Positions 13,646 to 27,560 of a stretch of 64,000 nucleotides of DNA are shown in pieces. The DNA comes from Cycas panzhihuaensis. Lineage: Eukaryota; Plantae; Cycadophyta. Both the position numbers and the translations under genes were made by a program. Position 1 is the stretch's first letter. Each line of letters opens with the position of its first letter. The notes under the pieces were generated by a model, which was not told the origin of the DNA, searched no databases, and worked only from the letters and a program-made list of their open reading frames with translations. The stretch covers positions 167,283,741 through 167,347,740 of the forward strand of contig CM041465.1 of NCBI GenBank assembly GCA_023213395.1, written 5' to 3'.

Positions 13646-16600
13646 CTCTTAGCTAAAGTTTAAAAAACTATAGATAAAGTAAGGTTTTCTTAAGATTTGA
13701 TTTGGAATATTAACCTAAGAAGTAATGTTTAAAGTTTTTCCTAAGGTTTTATAAGTGTCCTAGTCCCTAACGAGGATTCTAGGCTCTAAGTCCAAGGGTC
13801 TCTAAGGGAAACCTTTGGTTGCCATCCTATCCAGTGGAACCTATCCATAAGTGGTAAAATAGGGACCTAATATACTGGTACATGAGCTCTAGGATTGATA
13901 TACCTTAGTACATGAACTGCTATGAAGGTTGTTACACCCCCCTAAATTGTTAGTCCACCTGTGCCAGACTTATGCCTAGTGACAAATCTAGCGGTGAAGG
14001 TTTTATTAACCAAGGCGCTCATCCTCTCTAGGTTTAGACTTGGTCTTCAAACTCCAAAGAGGATAGGTTCCCCATATTATCTTACTACCTAATATACCTT
14101 ATAGCCAATGACTTTCCTCATCCAATATGAGTAAGCCAATTGGCATGTGCATGGTGGTAACTTTAGGGGTCCTAACCATTCCCCTTACAAGGCTAAAAAA
14201 AATATGGTAAATTTAAGAAATTATCTTTCCTAATATGAAAGTAAATTTTAATTAAATATGGTCTTTCTTAATCTCTCTAGGATTCCTTTTATTCAAGAAA
14301 TAAAATGAAACAAAATAGATCTTTAAGCAAAACAAAATAGATCTCAAATGTAAGTATGATGCAAAACTTTATCATCATAATGAGTATAAGTAAAAGAATC
14401 AAGATACTCTTCCTCTTTTAATGAACAAAAACTGAATGCTAATATGCAATCTAATATTCTAAAATTGAGATACTCTTGCAGAAGTAAAGTAAGAAAATAT
14501 ATGCACTTGTCTAAAGTGATGCACTAAAATAATAGAATCCTTAATCTTTTGGAATATATGAATGAGCTTTGAAATAAAAACTAATTAAAGGACCTTATAA
14601 CTATGCTTATGTAAATTTCAAAATGAAGAAAGAATAAGGATTTTGATAAAAATAAAGAAACTCCTTGACTAATATGCCACTTAATGTTGCAAGATAATGA
14701 TATTGTAGATTAAGTTCCAAATAGTTCCTTCATAAGAACAAATACAAACTAGGTGAATCTTGCAATTTTGAGAAGAAGCAATGCTTAGAATGATCAGAAG
14801 TGCCAAAAATAGTCTATATTTGAATGATAATATAAAGGATAAAATAAAAGTCAAGGTTAATGGTACTAGTTTGATGTATTACTCTACTTAGGCTTCTTGA
14901 TGCTTCAGAAGCTTAAATTGATGCTAATGACTACAAATAGCTTGTAATCTTTATGAAAAACTAATAAATAACTCTAAGAAACTTATTAATAGTAAGTTGT
15001 GCTTAAGTAGAATTAATTTGAATGAATAAATACTCAAAAATATTACAAAATGTGTATGTTTAGGGCTGAACTAGAGCCTTAACTTAAGGAGCCTTAAAGT
15101 CCTATAAAATAATGTCAAAATGAGATGAGACTAACTCCAATGCAAAGAGCTCTAAAAAAGATTTCCATTGATTCTTACAGTTTTGAAATCGAAGCTAAAA
15201 TGGTTAAGTTATTATGAAAATGGTGAAATGACCTTCTTAAGGCAAATGAAGTAACCACTGAAAAAGGTGTTGACTTTGATTAATTCAAACACAATTGAAT
15301 GGACTCAAATTAGATAAAAGATGATATCATCCTGAAGATACTTGAAATATGGTTCCAACAAGACTAGTTTTGTAAAAAAATGATGCTCTTGGAGAAAGTT
15401 ACACTAAAAATGCAAGAAGCCCTCTTTAAGTATTAATGGAATGATACTTTTAAAAGAAAACGAATAAGCTCCTTTAGTCTGAAGGAGCACAGTCATATGG
15501 GAGTCAACAAAACCATCGACTTAGTTATGAAAGGAGCTCTAAAACTTAAATCTAATACATTGTGATTAGTAGCTTTAAAATCAAAAGGAATTAAAAAGAA
15601 CTTATAATCTTTCATGTCTGCCCCTTAACTAACCAAACCAACATAGTCACGTGGCTTTGAGGAGACTGGGGGCTAAGCAGATGGGGGATAACTCCCTTTT
15701 AATCACTTAGACTTCAAATGATATTCAATACTGATTAAATTTCATAAACCTTAGCAAAAAAAACATAAATTTAAAATATAAAATGCCATTTAAAAAAAGA
15801 TGTTGTTACGTGACCTGCGTAGGCAAGGTTTTGTGCGAGGAACAAAGGGTGAATGAAGCCAGAATATTGATCAATCTGATCAATCTAACACACAAGGAGG
15901 AGGGAACCTATAGTACATACCAAATATACCTCAATAGAGCTGCCAAATAGAGAGCAAGCTGAGCTAAAAGTTGATGTAATCAGGCAACCTTCCAAGGTCA
16001 AAGGAGGGAATGACGAGCTGAGGTATTCGATCTTCATAAATAGATTCAAAATGGGCATAGATCTCCACTTAGGTGGATTCAAGAGGGGTGCCCAAGCAAT
16101 ACAGACTTCATCCAGAGAGAAATACATAGAGTTCTTTTTGTTTTAATAAAGAAACATTAAGAAAATGATGAACAACAAGGATGGGGAGGCATAGATGATT
16201 CAAACTCTTTATAGGAGACACTATTTCTCACCAAACTTTAGGGGTAGCTAGGTATCCTGAATAGCAAGGAACTGGTAAAATTTTATGCCAAACAATTTCT
16301 TGTAGGCTTAGAACAAAGCAATATAGTGAAAATGAACCACAAACTATGGATTGCGGCTCTTAGAGAGATTTCTCCTAGTAGCAACAATGAAATCATATGT
16401 GGTTTTCACTGATGGATAGAGGACTTGATCATGGTTAGAATGAGTAGTCATATGATACTATTTTGATTAGTGTGCAAGCTACAATAATGAGTTCTAGATT
16501 AATTATATTTAGTTCCCAAAAATAAAAAAAATGAAATATTTAAATAAATTTATATGATATTCTAAAGTTTTATAAAGTTGATGATTTAATAAATTAAAAT

Positions 16601-16666
16601 ATCACACACATACTACAAATACTATCATAAAACTATCCTAAACCTTTTGAATGTCAATTGAACATT

Positions 16667-16677
16667 CTCTGATACCA
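16667..16677 (-). promoter_or_regulatory. PBS (tRNA-iMet) of Copia-1
   Basis: ctctgatacca is the reverse complement of TGGTATCAGAG, 2 nt from the LTR. Confidence 0.9.
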
Positions 16678-16679
16678 TA

Positions 16680-17046
16680 TGTTGGCTTCGAGGTGTAGAG
16701 CCAAAGGATTACAAGGACATGGACATCATTTTGAAGTGAAAACAATAATCTCTGAATGTAAATAGCGGTGTTAAAAAACACTAAGGAGGTATTTCCCACC
16801 TATAAATAGATAAATTTGGGGAGGCGGCGAGCGCCTCAATCCGACCAATGTTAAAATTTAAAAAATTATTAAAATATTATGTAAAGAATTAAATATCTTA
16901 TCTGAGGTGCCTGTGGAGGCTCCTTATCAGCTACAAGTGAGTGTTTGATGACACTAGGTGGCCCGAGGTGACCTTGGAAGGCTCAAGGTGGCATTGAGGG
17001 GCCCAAGGTGCTCACATGCACTTGCAAATTTGGCATTATCCCAACA
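16680..17046 (-). repeat. 5' LTR of Copia-1
   Basis: tgttggcttcg...ttatcccaaca, adjacent to the PBS. Confidence 0.95.
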
Positions 17047-20000
17047 AAATGTAATGATATATCCTATACTTTTTTGAAACAAAATAGTATATTATGCACC
17101 ATTCTAATGGTAAAATAATATATATGAATTAAATGATATATACTGTTTTGATTTGTGGGAAGACACTTTTACCCTATTCATAAAAATGAGGATCCAATTT
17201 ATCCTTTCTTATCTAAAATCCTTAATTTTTGAGAAACTCCAAAATTAAGGGTTTCGGTAAAAAATTTAAAAAGTGAAGTAAAAACCTAATAAAGAAATAC
17301 TTAATCTAGTCCTATACTAACCCTCACCAAGTCACCAATATGTTGGAATATGAGGCATGAAAACTTATTCCCCCAAACCCCCATAATTAACTCTTAACCA
17401 CCGTCACCTTGCAAATGGAATAAAGTATAAATCTCTCAAACCAATTCATAAAAATGAATAGGAGATTTAAGGATTATAAATTTAAAATAAATTTATTTAA
17501 GCCCCTATGCCCAAATATCCTTATATTTCTCATGACTTGAATATTGCCATGTGCAAGATGAAGTTTATAACCTTAGAATGATCAAATAAACCTTGACCAA
17601 GAGTCCTCTAAAATGTAATAAATACTCACTCTTAGATGTGTGTTGCTTATAATTGTGCTTTCCTTATCTTATTCCATAATATTCCATTATTCATAGCCAA
17701 AACTATTTATTTTAAGCCATGATCTTAAATTTTGTAGTTATTCTATGTGATTCTCCTGTAAGAGATTCAGTATGCATCTACAATAAGCCCCTTTATGTTC
17801 CTTATCATGGAGCTCACCATGAGATACAAAGGCATGGTTTTAAACCTTGAACCTATATTTGTCGATCGCACATGTTGTCCAAAGTTAGTATATGCATTAT
17901 TAAGCACCAAATAAGCCCATTTTCCTATAGTTTTTTGCCCATTTACATTTTTGTCTAAGAATCCATTTATTACTTATTATTCAACAAATAGTTTCACCAA
18001 TTTCTAACACTTATGACTCCATTAATATTTGCCAATGCTTTTCATATGATCATTATCATAATAGACCATTTATAGGACATCTAAGTAGCTCCTTTCATCC
18101 CCTTTCCATATGCATTCATTTGTCTAAATTGGGTGCTCAAAAACATCCTAAATAGACAAACCTAATACTCCTTATAGTTTGGTCCCTATAAACTAGTTTC
18201 AAAAATTCATTAAACTATTACTTTGTAAAAATCATTTTTAAAATTATAAATGGGTGACAATCTATTAACTAGTTGATCACAACTATATTTTAGAAATCCA
18301 AATAAATCCCAATACTTATCATGTCTTGATTAATATTATATGATGACTATAGCTAACCTATCCATTGTGATAAGCATAGTGGTGGATGAAATGGATCATC
18401 CCAAAAATAGGTTTAGTGATACTTTGTTCATCATGACCCTCATCTAAACTATCATAGGAGTGACACCCTCTAATGAAAAAAAGAAGAGGAAAATATATAT
18501 TAAAAAAAAGAGGAAAGAGAAAAAGAGAGAGAGAAGAAAAATATAAGTAAATATATAGGCCTACATCCTCTAAGAACCAAGGCAAGTTGCATGATGGATT
18601 TGTTAATGTGGTAATTAATACTAAGCCACATAATTAATTAAATATGATTAGTTAATATTAATCTAAAAGGTATGAATATTTTATAGGGTCACAACCAATG
18701 GGTTGGACATGTCATTTGAGGGATTATAAATGATCTTTCATCGTAAAATTATCCAAGTATCATGAATGTGAGCTATTAATTTTTTATAGTGGATTGTTTT
18801 ACCAAAAGTTTTTTTCATATAAAATCTTATGTATCATGTACCTTTTCCCTTTGATGATATACTTGCTATATATGATAAATATTTTGTAGATAAGAAAGCA
18901 TATATAAATGTTTCTTCACATGGTTTCAAAGTTGATAAGATATACATAGATGAAGCTACAGTTAGGTGGAGGCAATAAGATTGAAGGATACCTAATAACA
19001 CCAATAAAGGCTTGTTTTTGGTGATTTTAATCTTCCCTAGCAACTAAAAAAGAGAGACATATGTGTCATGATGATTGAAGAGATGGAATGCATATGTTGA
19101 TAAGAATTTATCATTGTTTGAGGTTATAAATTAGTGTTGGGCATTATTTAGATTACATTGGGCTCATATTGAAGCCATTTGGGACTAGTTAGACATGTTT
19201 GGGCACTCCATATGCCTATTGGGTCATATTTAAAGGTGATCTAATAGCACAAAGAGTGTTGGTAACACATATAAGCAAGAATAGTTCCAATTTTTTGCCA
19301 TTTTCTACTTGTAGAAGGTGGGGTAGTGAGGCAATCTATTATTAAAGGATGTTCTAAGAACCTAAAGGATAAGTGTTGGGGTAGGAAATAAGTTTAGATA
19401 ATTGTTGAATGTTTTGGGTACTTTTAGAGTTATGAAGATTATGGTTTGTTAGCCACATATGCCATAAGAGACATGATGGTTAATTTGTGGAGCTACTGTT
19501 TTGATTTGAGCATCATTCAATTGGAGCCACTACCAATTAGTTTAGAGTCATCGTCATTTAATTTATGGTTAATAATATATATTAAGTTGTTAAAAAAACT
19601 TAATACATTGATTAAATATTTTAAATCAAAATTTTCCATGTGTTTTTAAACCCATATAAGTGAAAAAAGTCACACTAGTAAAATAAGATAGTTTCCTATA
19701 TAAAGAATATTCTTATATAAAGAATATTCCACCTAAAATATTTTCAAATTAGAATATAGATTAGAGATAAAACTATTATAAATTAGACGCATAGTATTTT
19801 GGATCAAAATATGTTATTACAAGTAAAATTTTTAGTGATTTTTATATGTATTATTAAGACTTATCTTATAGAAAGCAACATACATAGTTAAATGTATGCC
19901 TTTCCAATTAAAAAGTTATTTTTAAGGGATTTGTTACTACTTGGATGTTTTTAGTGTGGTATGAGTATCCCAAATCCCATAATAAATAAGTGTTAAAGCA

Positions 20001-20171
20001 TGTGGAACACATAGGTTTTAAATATGATTACTAAGTTTGGTAATAAAGGTTGTGTTAACCATGGATTTAAATTTGGGAGTAGGTGTATGAATGTGGTCCT
20101 ATTCTAATTTTTTTCCTACTAGCTAAGGATCATTGGGTTTTGTGGGCTCAATATTTTGCACTATACGTAAG

Positions 20172-23100
20172 ATGGAGAAATTATTATAAGTGATTTTTTA
20201 TGGTAATAACTTCAAGGAATGGAAGGCGAATATAGAGCTTGTCTTAATGGTGAATCCATTATGGAAAATTACCAAAGAGAAGGCTATAATTATTCTTGTA
20301 AATAATAGATAAAAAGAAAAATTAGAGGAGAAATAGTTCACTACCATAGGGTTATTAAAGTTATTATTAGATCCCAATTAGAGGACACTTGTTTACAACC
20401 TAGAGACATCATATAAAATCTAAAGAAAATTAAATAAGATGTTTAAAGAAAAGAAATCAAATCATTAAGTTACATTAATGATGAAGTTATTAAATGTTGT
20501 TATCAAGGATGAAAATAACATAAGTACCTACCTAAACAAAATAACCAATTTAAAGAACAAACTAGAAAAGATAAAGTTAGATTCAATCCATAAATACTTA
20601 TTGTTTATGCTAATTATGTTAAGACTACTAGTTATTTTTACTACCTTTTAGACTATTTATGCTAGAAACAATGTTATAGAAGGGGAAATATTTGAAATAT
20701 TAAAAAATCTCATCCTATCCAAAGATAATAAGCTAAAACACCACATCATACTCAGAGGTCTCAAATCCAACCATGCCTTAGTTTTGAAGACTTAGAGGAG
20801 AGATGGTGATTAGGGGAAAAAGAATCCATAAAAGGCTAAATAAACATCTAAAGAGAAGAAGAAGAAGACAAGATGATAAAGGAAAGGGTATTATTTTGAA
20901 GTGATCCTAAATTAGATCTATTTTCACAAATATAAAAGAAAACTAAAATGAAAGTTGAATGGGCAAAATTACCCCAACACCGAGTACTAAATAAAATTAG
21001 GATTAATGCAAAAATAAAACCTATAGAATGAGTTAAGGGTATCCCTTATTTATAAGTGCTAATATGGTTCCCTATTAGAAAAGAATTAACTTCAATATTA
21101 ATATTAATAATAAAATATTAACTTCTTAATATAAAAATCCAACTTCATATTAATTTAAAAGTACTACTTCTTTAAATTAATTTTTAATAAAATATCAACT
21201 TCTCCTTAATGAATAGTATCACTATAATATGTACCTCCTTCAAAAAATACTTTTCCCATAAAGTATTTATAATTTTATCACTTAGAAGACTATAGAATAC
21301 ATATCCTCATACAAATATCTCTAATCTTCTACTTGTTAGGGCTTGAATATCATAGGATTTGGGTTCTCTATTTTCTCATCATCTCAAAGCAACCCATATA
21401 TAACCTCTTCTTAGTTGTGACATTGCTCTATCTAAAACTTCGTTTGTATGTGAATCTCTTCTTAGTAGATCCTAAGATATGTGTTTTAAGGTATTATATC
21501 ATGCTTGTATACTGTATTTATTACACTTATCCTTAAAGGGAAATTGAGGGATTATGGAGGAAAGGTAGGGAATATAAAAATTATAATGGGAAGGTAGATT
21601 TTGGAAATAAGGAGTAGGAATATAAGTCTAGAATTACATGTGGGAAACATAGAATGTGAGGCATAAATTACATGAGGGGATATATATGTAGATATATATT
21701 AAAGATAAGGAATTAAAGAACATATAGAATATCTAAGTTATATTAAGAGGAGAACTTAGGGGAAGCATATATAGGGATTTGAATATAAAATGGGATATAT
21801 AATGGATAAATTAGGTAAGAGGTAAAAGAGAATTTATAGTGATAAAGGTGATATTATATAAAATACAAGGTAAATAAATCTAAGCCTATGAGTAAATTTA
21901 GGAGTTGATGGAGATAAGTGAAATAAGTAGGAAATAAAGACTAGGCATTCCTTATGGGAAAAGGGATTTTGTAATGGTATGTGGAGATAATTTATAGAGT
22001 AATATAAGGGGCTAAGGGGAAAATGTATAAGGTAGTGAGTAGGTTAGTGGTGGGAAGAGTGGAGATGCAATGAAAAATGAAAAGATAATACTTTATAGAG
22101 TGGGTATATAATGATAGTATTAAGGGTTGAATCTTATTAAGAGGAGGCCAAAAGATGAGATACATAGGGGTGGTTATAAATAGGCTTCTTAAGGATTGGG
22201 ATATAAAAGGTACCTCAAGTAGAATAAGAATTTCACCTATTAGGAGTAGAGTGCCTAGGGCTTTAAGTTTTAGTTCATTTATAGGATTTTATTGTATAAT
22301 AAGGGAGGGAAATTTTAAGGCTATAGAACTTACAAAATCAAGATAAACAAAAAAAAAATCTAAAAGAATTGGGCAAATGCAAGATATGATCAAAATTAAG
22401 AACAAGTACCTTTCTAGGATTGTCTTATATCTCTAATTCTTCCTTGATTTACTCACAGTAATTAAAATATTTGAGGCCAACTAGATATATATAGCTAAAG
22501 TCATAGTTATTTGAAGTTGTAGTAGGAGATTTTAAGCCCTAAAGACGATGATAGATAGAAGGTCAAAATAAAATTATATATAATCTTCATAATTTTACTT
22601 TAAAATATGTGGTATAACCATTCAAAATATGTAGAATGTATTTATTTGAATTAAATTTTTAATTATTCTTTTAATTTTTTTTTTTATATATACTCCTAAA
22701 AATGTAGATCTTTGATGCACCAAAAATAAAGCTTTGATATCACTTGAACTAATCCTAAATTAGATCTACTTCTACAAATATAAAAGAAAACTAAAATAAA
22801 AGTTAAATAGGCAAAATTTCCTTTCAAACTAAGTGCTAAATCAAATTAGGATTAACACAAAAATAAAACTTACATAATGATTTAGTGATCTCCCCTATTT
22901 ATAGGTGCCAATATAGCTCCATATTAAAAAAATTAACTTTAATAATAATATTAAAAAATATATATCAACTTCCTAATATAAAATGATAACTTCATATTAA
23001 TTTAAAAATACTACCTCCTAAAATTAACTTTTAATAAAACATTGGCACCACCTTAATATAATAGTATTGCTATATGTTACTTATTGCATAGAAGTCTTAA

Positions 23101-25975
23101 TTTTACCTATTATATTAGTAAAATAGAGAGGCTCCTAGATCCTTGACTTAGGTATATAGAGGCATATCTCTTTTTATAAGAAATACTTTACTACATGGGA
23201 TTCTTTGTCCTATGATATAAAAATCATTCTTAGAGATGCAATATCTATTCTTGTGAAAGGCATTAAAGAGCTTCAATTGTAAGTGGTCACTTTGATAAGG
23301 TGTGACTAATGAATATATTAGATATAGTAGAAGGTCTACCAAAAGTTTCATATTCATTTGATATTTGTAACAAGTGTATGTATAAAAAGTATCAAAAATA
23401 TACTTTCACTTAGGATAGTTCTTGGAGATCTAAGAAGAAGTTGGAGCTAGTGCATTTAGATGTGATGGGACCATTATCCAACCCTTCATTCTCAAGAGCT
23501 TGATATATGGTATTATTTGTAGATGATTACACTAGGAAAGCTTAGGTGATTATACAAAGAAAGCTTAGGTGTACTTTCTAAAGAATAAGTTGAAGTATTT
23601 CATTGCTTTCATGAATGAAAATCTCAATTTAAAAATAAAAGTAGTAAAAAGATAAAAATTTTAAAGAGTGATAATGATAAAGAATATGACAATAATACCT
23701 TTAATCAGTTCTATCTGAAGCATAATATAAGATAAGAATTCAAAGTTCTATATACTCCATAGTAAAAAAATATTACTAAGAGAAAGAATCATACCATGAT
23801 AGAGATGGCAAGGTGTATGGTGCATATGAAAAACTTACTACTGATGTTCTAGGTAAAAGTTTTGGAACTACAGTGTATATTTTGAATCGGGTCCTAACTC
23901 TAGTAGTTTATGGTATAAACCTTAAATAAAATCAGACCAATTAAAAGCCTACCATTAAACATTTAAAAGTTTTTGGGCACATAGCATATATACATATCCT
24001 AGATAAAAAATAAATGAAGATGGATCCTAAGAGTAAGAAGTGTATCTTCATATGTACATTGATACAATCAAAGCTTATATATTATCAAATAGAGTACAAA
24101 AGAAACTTCTTATTAGTGAGGATACAAAGTTTATTAAGTCATTAGCATATCATGTTAAATTAGCATCATCTAAAGATGTATTCTATCTACCATTACTACC
24201 ATTTCTATTAGGTTCAATTATGTAGGAGTGTACTTCTAGGAATATGAACTTGATTCAACCAGTTGAGGAACCTACTACACAAAGAGAAGATGGACTTACT
24301 AATGGAGATAATGAAGAGCCATCATAAGAAGAGGTATGCGAGACACTGGGTGCCTTAATGCTAATATGGGCTAAGTAGACTATTAAAGAGTCAAGTATGA
24401 TATTACAATATTTAATAGAAAGATGAAAAATAAGGAGTTAATATGCTAGTTAAGATTTAATAGTTAACACCATAGACTCCCATGACCTTGATTCTTATAT
24501 TAAAGCAAAGGAGAATCTAAAGTGGAGAGTTATAATGGAGGATGAATATGGTTCTTTAATAAAAAATAAAACATGGTATTTGTTCTCATTATCTTATTGG
24601 ATCTAAATGGGTATATGAGGTTCCACCCTAATAGTAAGGTGGAAAAATCAAAAGTTTAACTCAATATATAAGGATTTAGATAAAAGGAAAGGATTGATAT
24701 TGATGAGACATTTACACTAGTCTTGAAGATAATGATGGTCTAGTTAATCTTTTCACTTATAGCTAGATATAACTAAGAGTTATATCAAATGACTATAAAG
24801 TTCTCATTTCTTAATAGAGACTTAAGGGAGGAGATTTATATGGTACAACCTCCTCAAGTCATTAAGGAACTATAAGAAGAGTTTATATACTAGTTAAAGA
24901 AATCATTCTATGGTCTAAAGAAAGCATTGAGGATATCATATATGAAGCTTGATACAAAGTTAAATGAATAAGGATTTATGACTATATATTTAGAGCCTAG
25001 GATTATAGATTTGATTATGGTAATTGTGTTATACATTGATGATCTCATCTTAACAAGCAATTTTCATAAGGCAATTATGGATGTTAAATCCAACTTACGA
25101 AAGATATTTGAAATGATGGATTAGGTATGTTGAAATACTTCTTTGACATCAAAGTGTGATAAATAGATAATCGTATTATGGTGTCATAAGTGAAGTACAT
25201 AAATAAATTACTTATAAAGTTTAGGATGGAAGACTCTAAGCCTATCTTTATACCATCTACTAAGGGCATAAATCTCGCTAAAAACATGAAGAAGACTATT
25301 GTAGATGAGACATTGTATAGATACTTGGTAGGGAATCTCATCTATTTGTCACATACTAGGCCAGATATTATTTATGTTATTAGATTAATATCTTATTATA
25401 TATATAATATATAAGAGTTACATTAGGTCACAATCAAGCAAATTCTAAGATATTTAAAGGGAACTCTTAATCTTAGTTTCGAGTATCTTTGTGATAGAGA
25501 AGTAACGTTATATGGCTATATTGATGTAGATTGAGGAGGAGACTTTGATGATCAAAAATCTATTATTGGATATATGTTTGGTATTAACAATATATTTGTA
25601 TCATAGTAGTTAAAGAAATAATAAATAGTGGCACTATCTTTTATAGAGATAGAGTACTAGGGGCTTATTATTAGTGCAAGAGAAGTTGTATGGTTATAAA
25701 GGCTTTTAGATATCTTTAGTATACCTTATAACACCCTAATTATTTTAGTTGATAACCAAATCACTATTTATTTATCAAAGAATCCAAAGTTTCATGTACG
25801 TATGAAGCACATTAAAATCTAACACCATTACATTCATAAATAAATCAAAGTAAGAAAATTATAGGTTGACTTTTATTTGAGTGAGAAGTAGCTTATGGAC
25901 ATGTTTACCAAAGAATTTACTAAGGATCAATTCAATAAGATTTATAGTAGATTATGACTAGAAAAGTTATCTTTA
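20172..25975 (+). pseudogene. Copia-2 gag-pol pseudogene (interrupted at 20897-23074)
   Basis: gag FYGNNFKEWKANIELVL...LWKI; integrase LELVHLDVMGP...LFVDDYTRK; RT LYRYLVGNLIYLSHTRPDI (ORF 25190-25414); RH DNQI...KNPKFHVRMKHI. Dense stop codons. Confidence 0.88.
20897..23074 (-). mobile_element. 2.2-kb non-autonomous LTR element (TRIM/LARD-like) nested in the Copia-2 gag zinc-knuckle region
   Basis: ~330-bp direct repeats at 20897-21226 and 22745-23074. Decayed Met PBS gctttgatatca at 22731-22742 (-). PPT-like cctccttc at ~21234-21241. No pol motifs in the 1.5-kb interior. TSD is degenerate (TATTT/TGTTA). Confidence 0.8.
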
Positions 25976-27137
25976 AGGAAGGATGTATCAACAAGGATAA
26001 TTTCAATCTTTATTGATGATAATTTAAACTATAAAATCCCCACATTTATATTAAATGGAGATGTTAGTAAGGTAATTAATACTAAGCTACATAATTAATA
26101 TTCAATGTGATTAGTTAATATTAATCCAAAAGGTGCAAATATTTTAGAGAGTCATAACTAATAGGTTGGACATACCATTTCTGGGATTATAAATAAATTT
26201 AGAGTCCATTGTAAAATCATCCAAGTATCATCAATATGATCTATTGATCTTTTGTTGTGGGGTTTTTACCAAAATATTTTTCCATATAAAATCGTATGTA
26301 GTATGTATTTTTCCTCTTTAATGATGTTCTTGTTATTTATATATGATAAAGATCCTATAAATAATAAAATATATATAAATATTTCTTTATAAGATTCATC
26401 TCCACCTGTAACATTTAGGTTAGATTCAGTTGTGTACATTAGTTAGGATCTTTAAGCCTAGTTATATGGGTCCACTATAGCCTCAATTAAGATTAAAATC
26501 TATTCAACACTAAGATGCTAAATAAATAAGCTTTAAAAGTGTAACTAAAATAATAAAAGTCATTTGTTGATCTAATATCTTAAAAGAAGTTATAGCCAAA
26601 GTAAATTCCATAACTCTAGACACCATTTCCAATGAGTTAATTCCCACACTATCTCCTTATTCATTAGGTTATCTCTAAGTAACCATTGCACACCCCTATG
26701 ACATTGCTCATCTACACTAATGAGAGAATCTATAATATTAGAAATTATATACATACAATACACAATCTATTACTCCTTGGATTATTCAAGATTATACTAG
26801 CTATATTTTAAAAAGAGCTAGAATGTCCATCTCAATAGTGACTAATAACTTAATTAAATATACTAAAGTTATAAAAGCCCTAAATGACGTACTAAAAGTT
26901 CATGACAACCTTGTTATGCTATTTCTTAGCTCATAAATAATTCTTTATAAGCTCACATAAGTCTTTTAACTTTATTATCCTCAATTATATGCCCTTACAA
27001 GTATAACTAGTTACCTATTGGCCTAGTTTCCCTTAACTTCTATACAACACAACCCTTAAGAATAAAACACTAAAGACAACTAATGAGTTGCACACATATT
27101 TGAGAGGTCCCTTTGATATATCACTCTTCTTCCCATA

Positions 27138-27560
27138 GGCCTCTAAGCCCATTACATGGTTTAGGCTTATAAGCCAATCCTTAGTGTCTAAACCTCTAAA
27201 AATAAATCATTAACAAGGATAAACTATACTGGTTAATTCTATAAAATTTAATCATTAATGAGAATAAACTATTATAACTACCCTATTATCAATATTTTAT
27301 CTTAGGGATTTTTTTAGCCCATTATGGAGTTTAGGCTTATAACCCATTCTCTAACATCTATCCTTTAAGGCATAAAACACTAATAAGGATAAAATTATAA
27401 TGATCATATCTTTAAAATCCTTGCCAATAAGGTTAAACTAAAGGAAATATTTTCTAACTATTCACTAATTGGGATAAATTATATTGATATCAATTTTTAT
27501 TTTAAGGCTTCCAAGCCTACCTCAAAGTCTAGACTTCCAAGCCATTCTTTAATCATTCCT
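27138..27560. repeat. Degenerate tandem repeat, ~170-200-bp period, about 2.3 copies
   Basis: agcccatta....gtttaggcttataa.cca.tc recurs at 27145 and 27316, with a more diverged copy at ~27513. A taaggataaa(c/a)t(a/t)ata submotif is repeated. Confidence 0.6.

Larger units (their letters stand above)
6481..17046 (-). mobile_element. Full-length decayed Ty1/copia LTR retrotransposon (Copia-1) carrying a nested solo LTR
   Basis: LTR pair TG...CA at 6481-6835 and 16680-17046. Met-tRNA PBS TGGTATCAGAG at 16667-16677 (-). PPT-like GAGGGAAAA at 6836-6844 (-). TSD AAATA/AAATG. Minus-strand order is gag-PR-INT-RT-RH. Confidence 0.95.
18601..26391 (+). mobile_element. Strongly decayed Ty1/copia LTR retrotransposon (Copia-2) with a nested non-autonomous element
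   Basis: LTRs at 18601-18920 and 26062-26391. Decayed Met PBS tggtttcaaagt at 18921-18932. PPT remnant at 26053-26061. TSD GGATT/AGATT. gag, PR, INT, RT and RH remnants are present. Confidence 0.9.
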
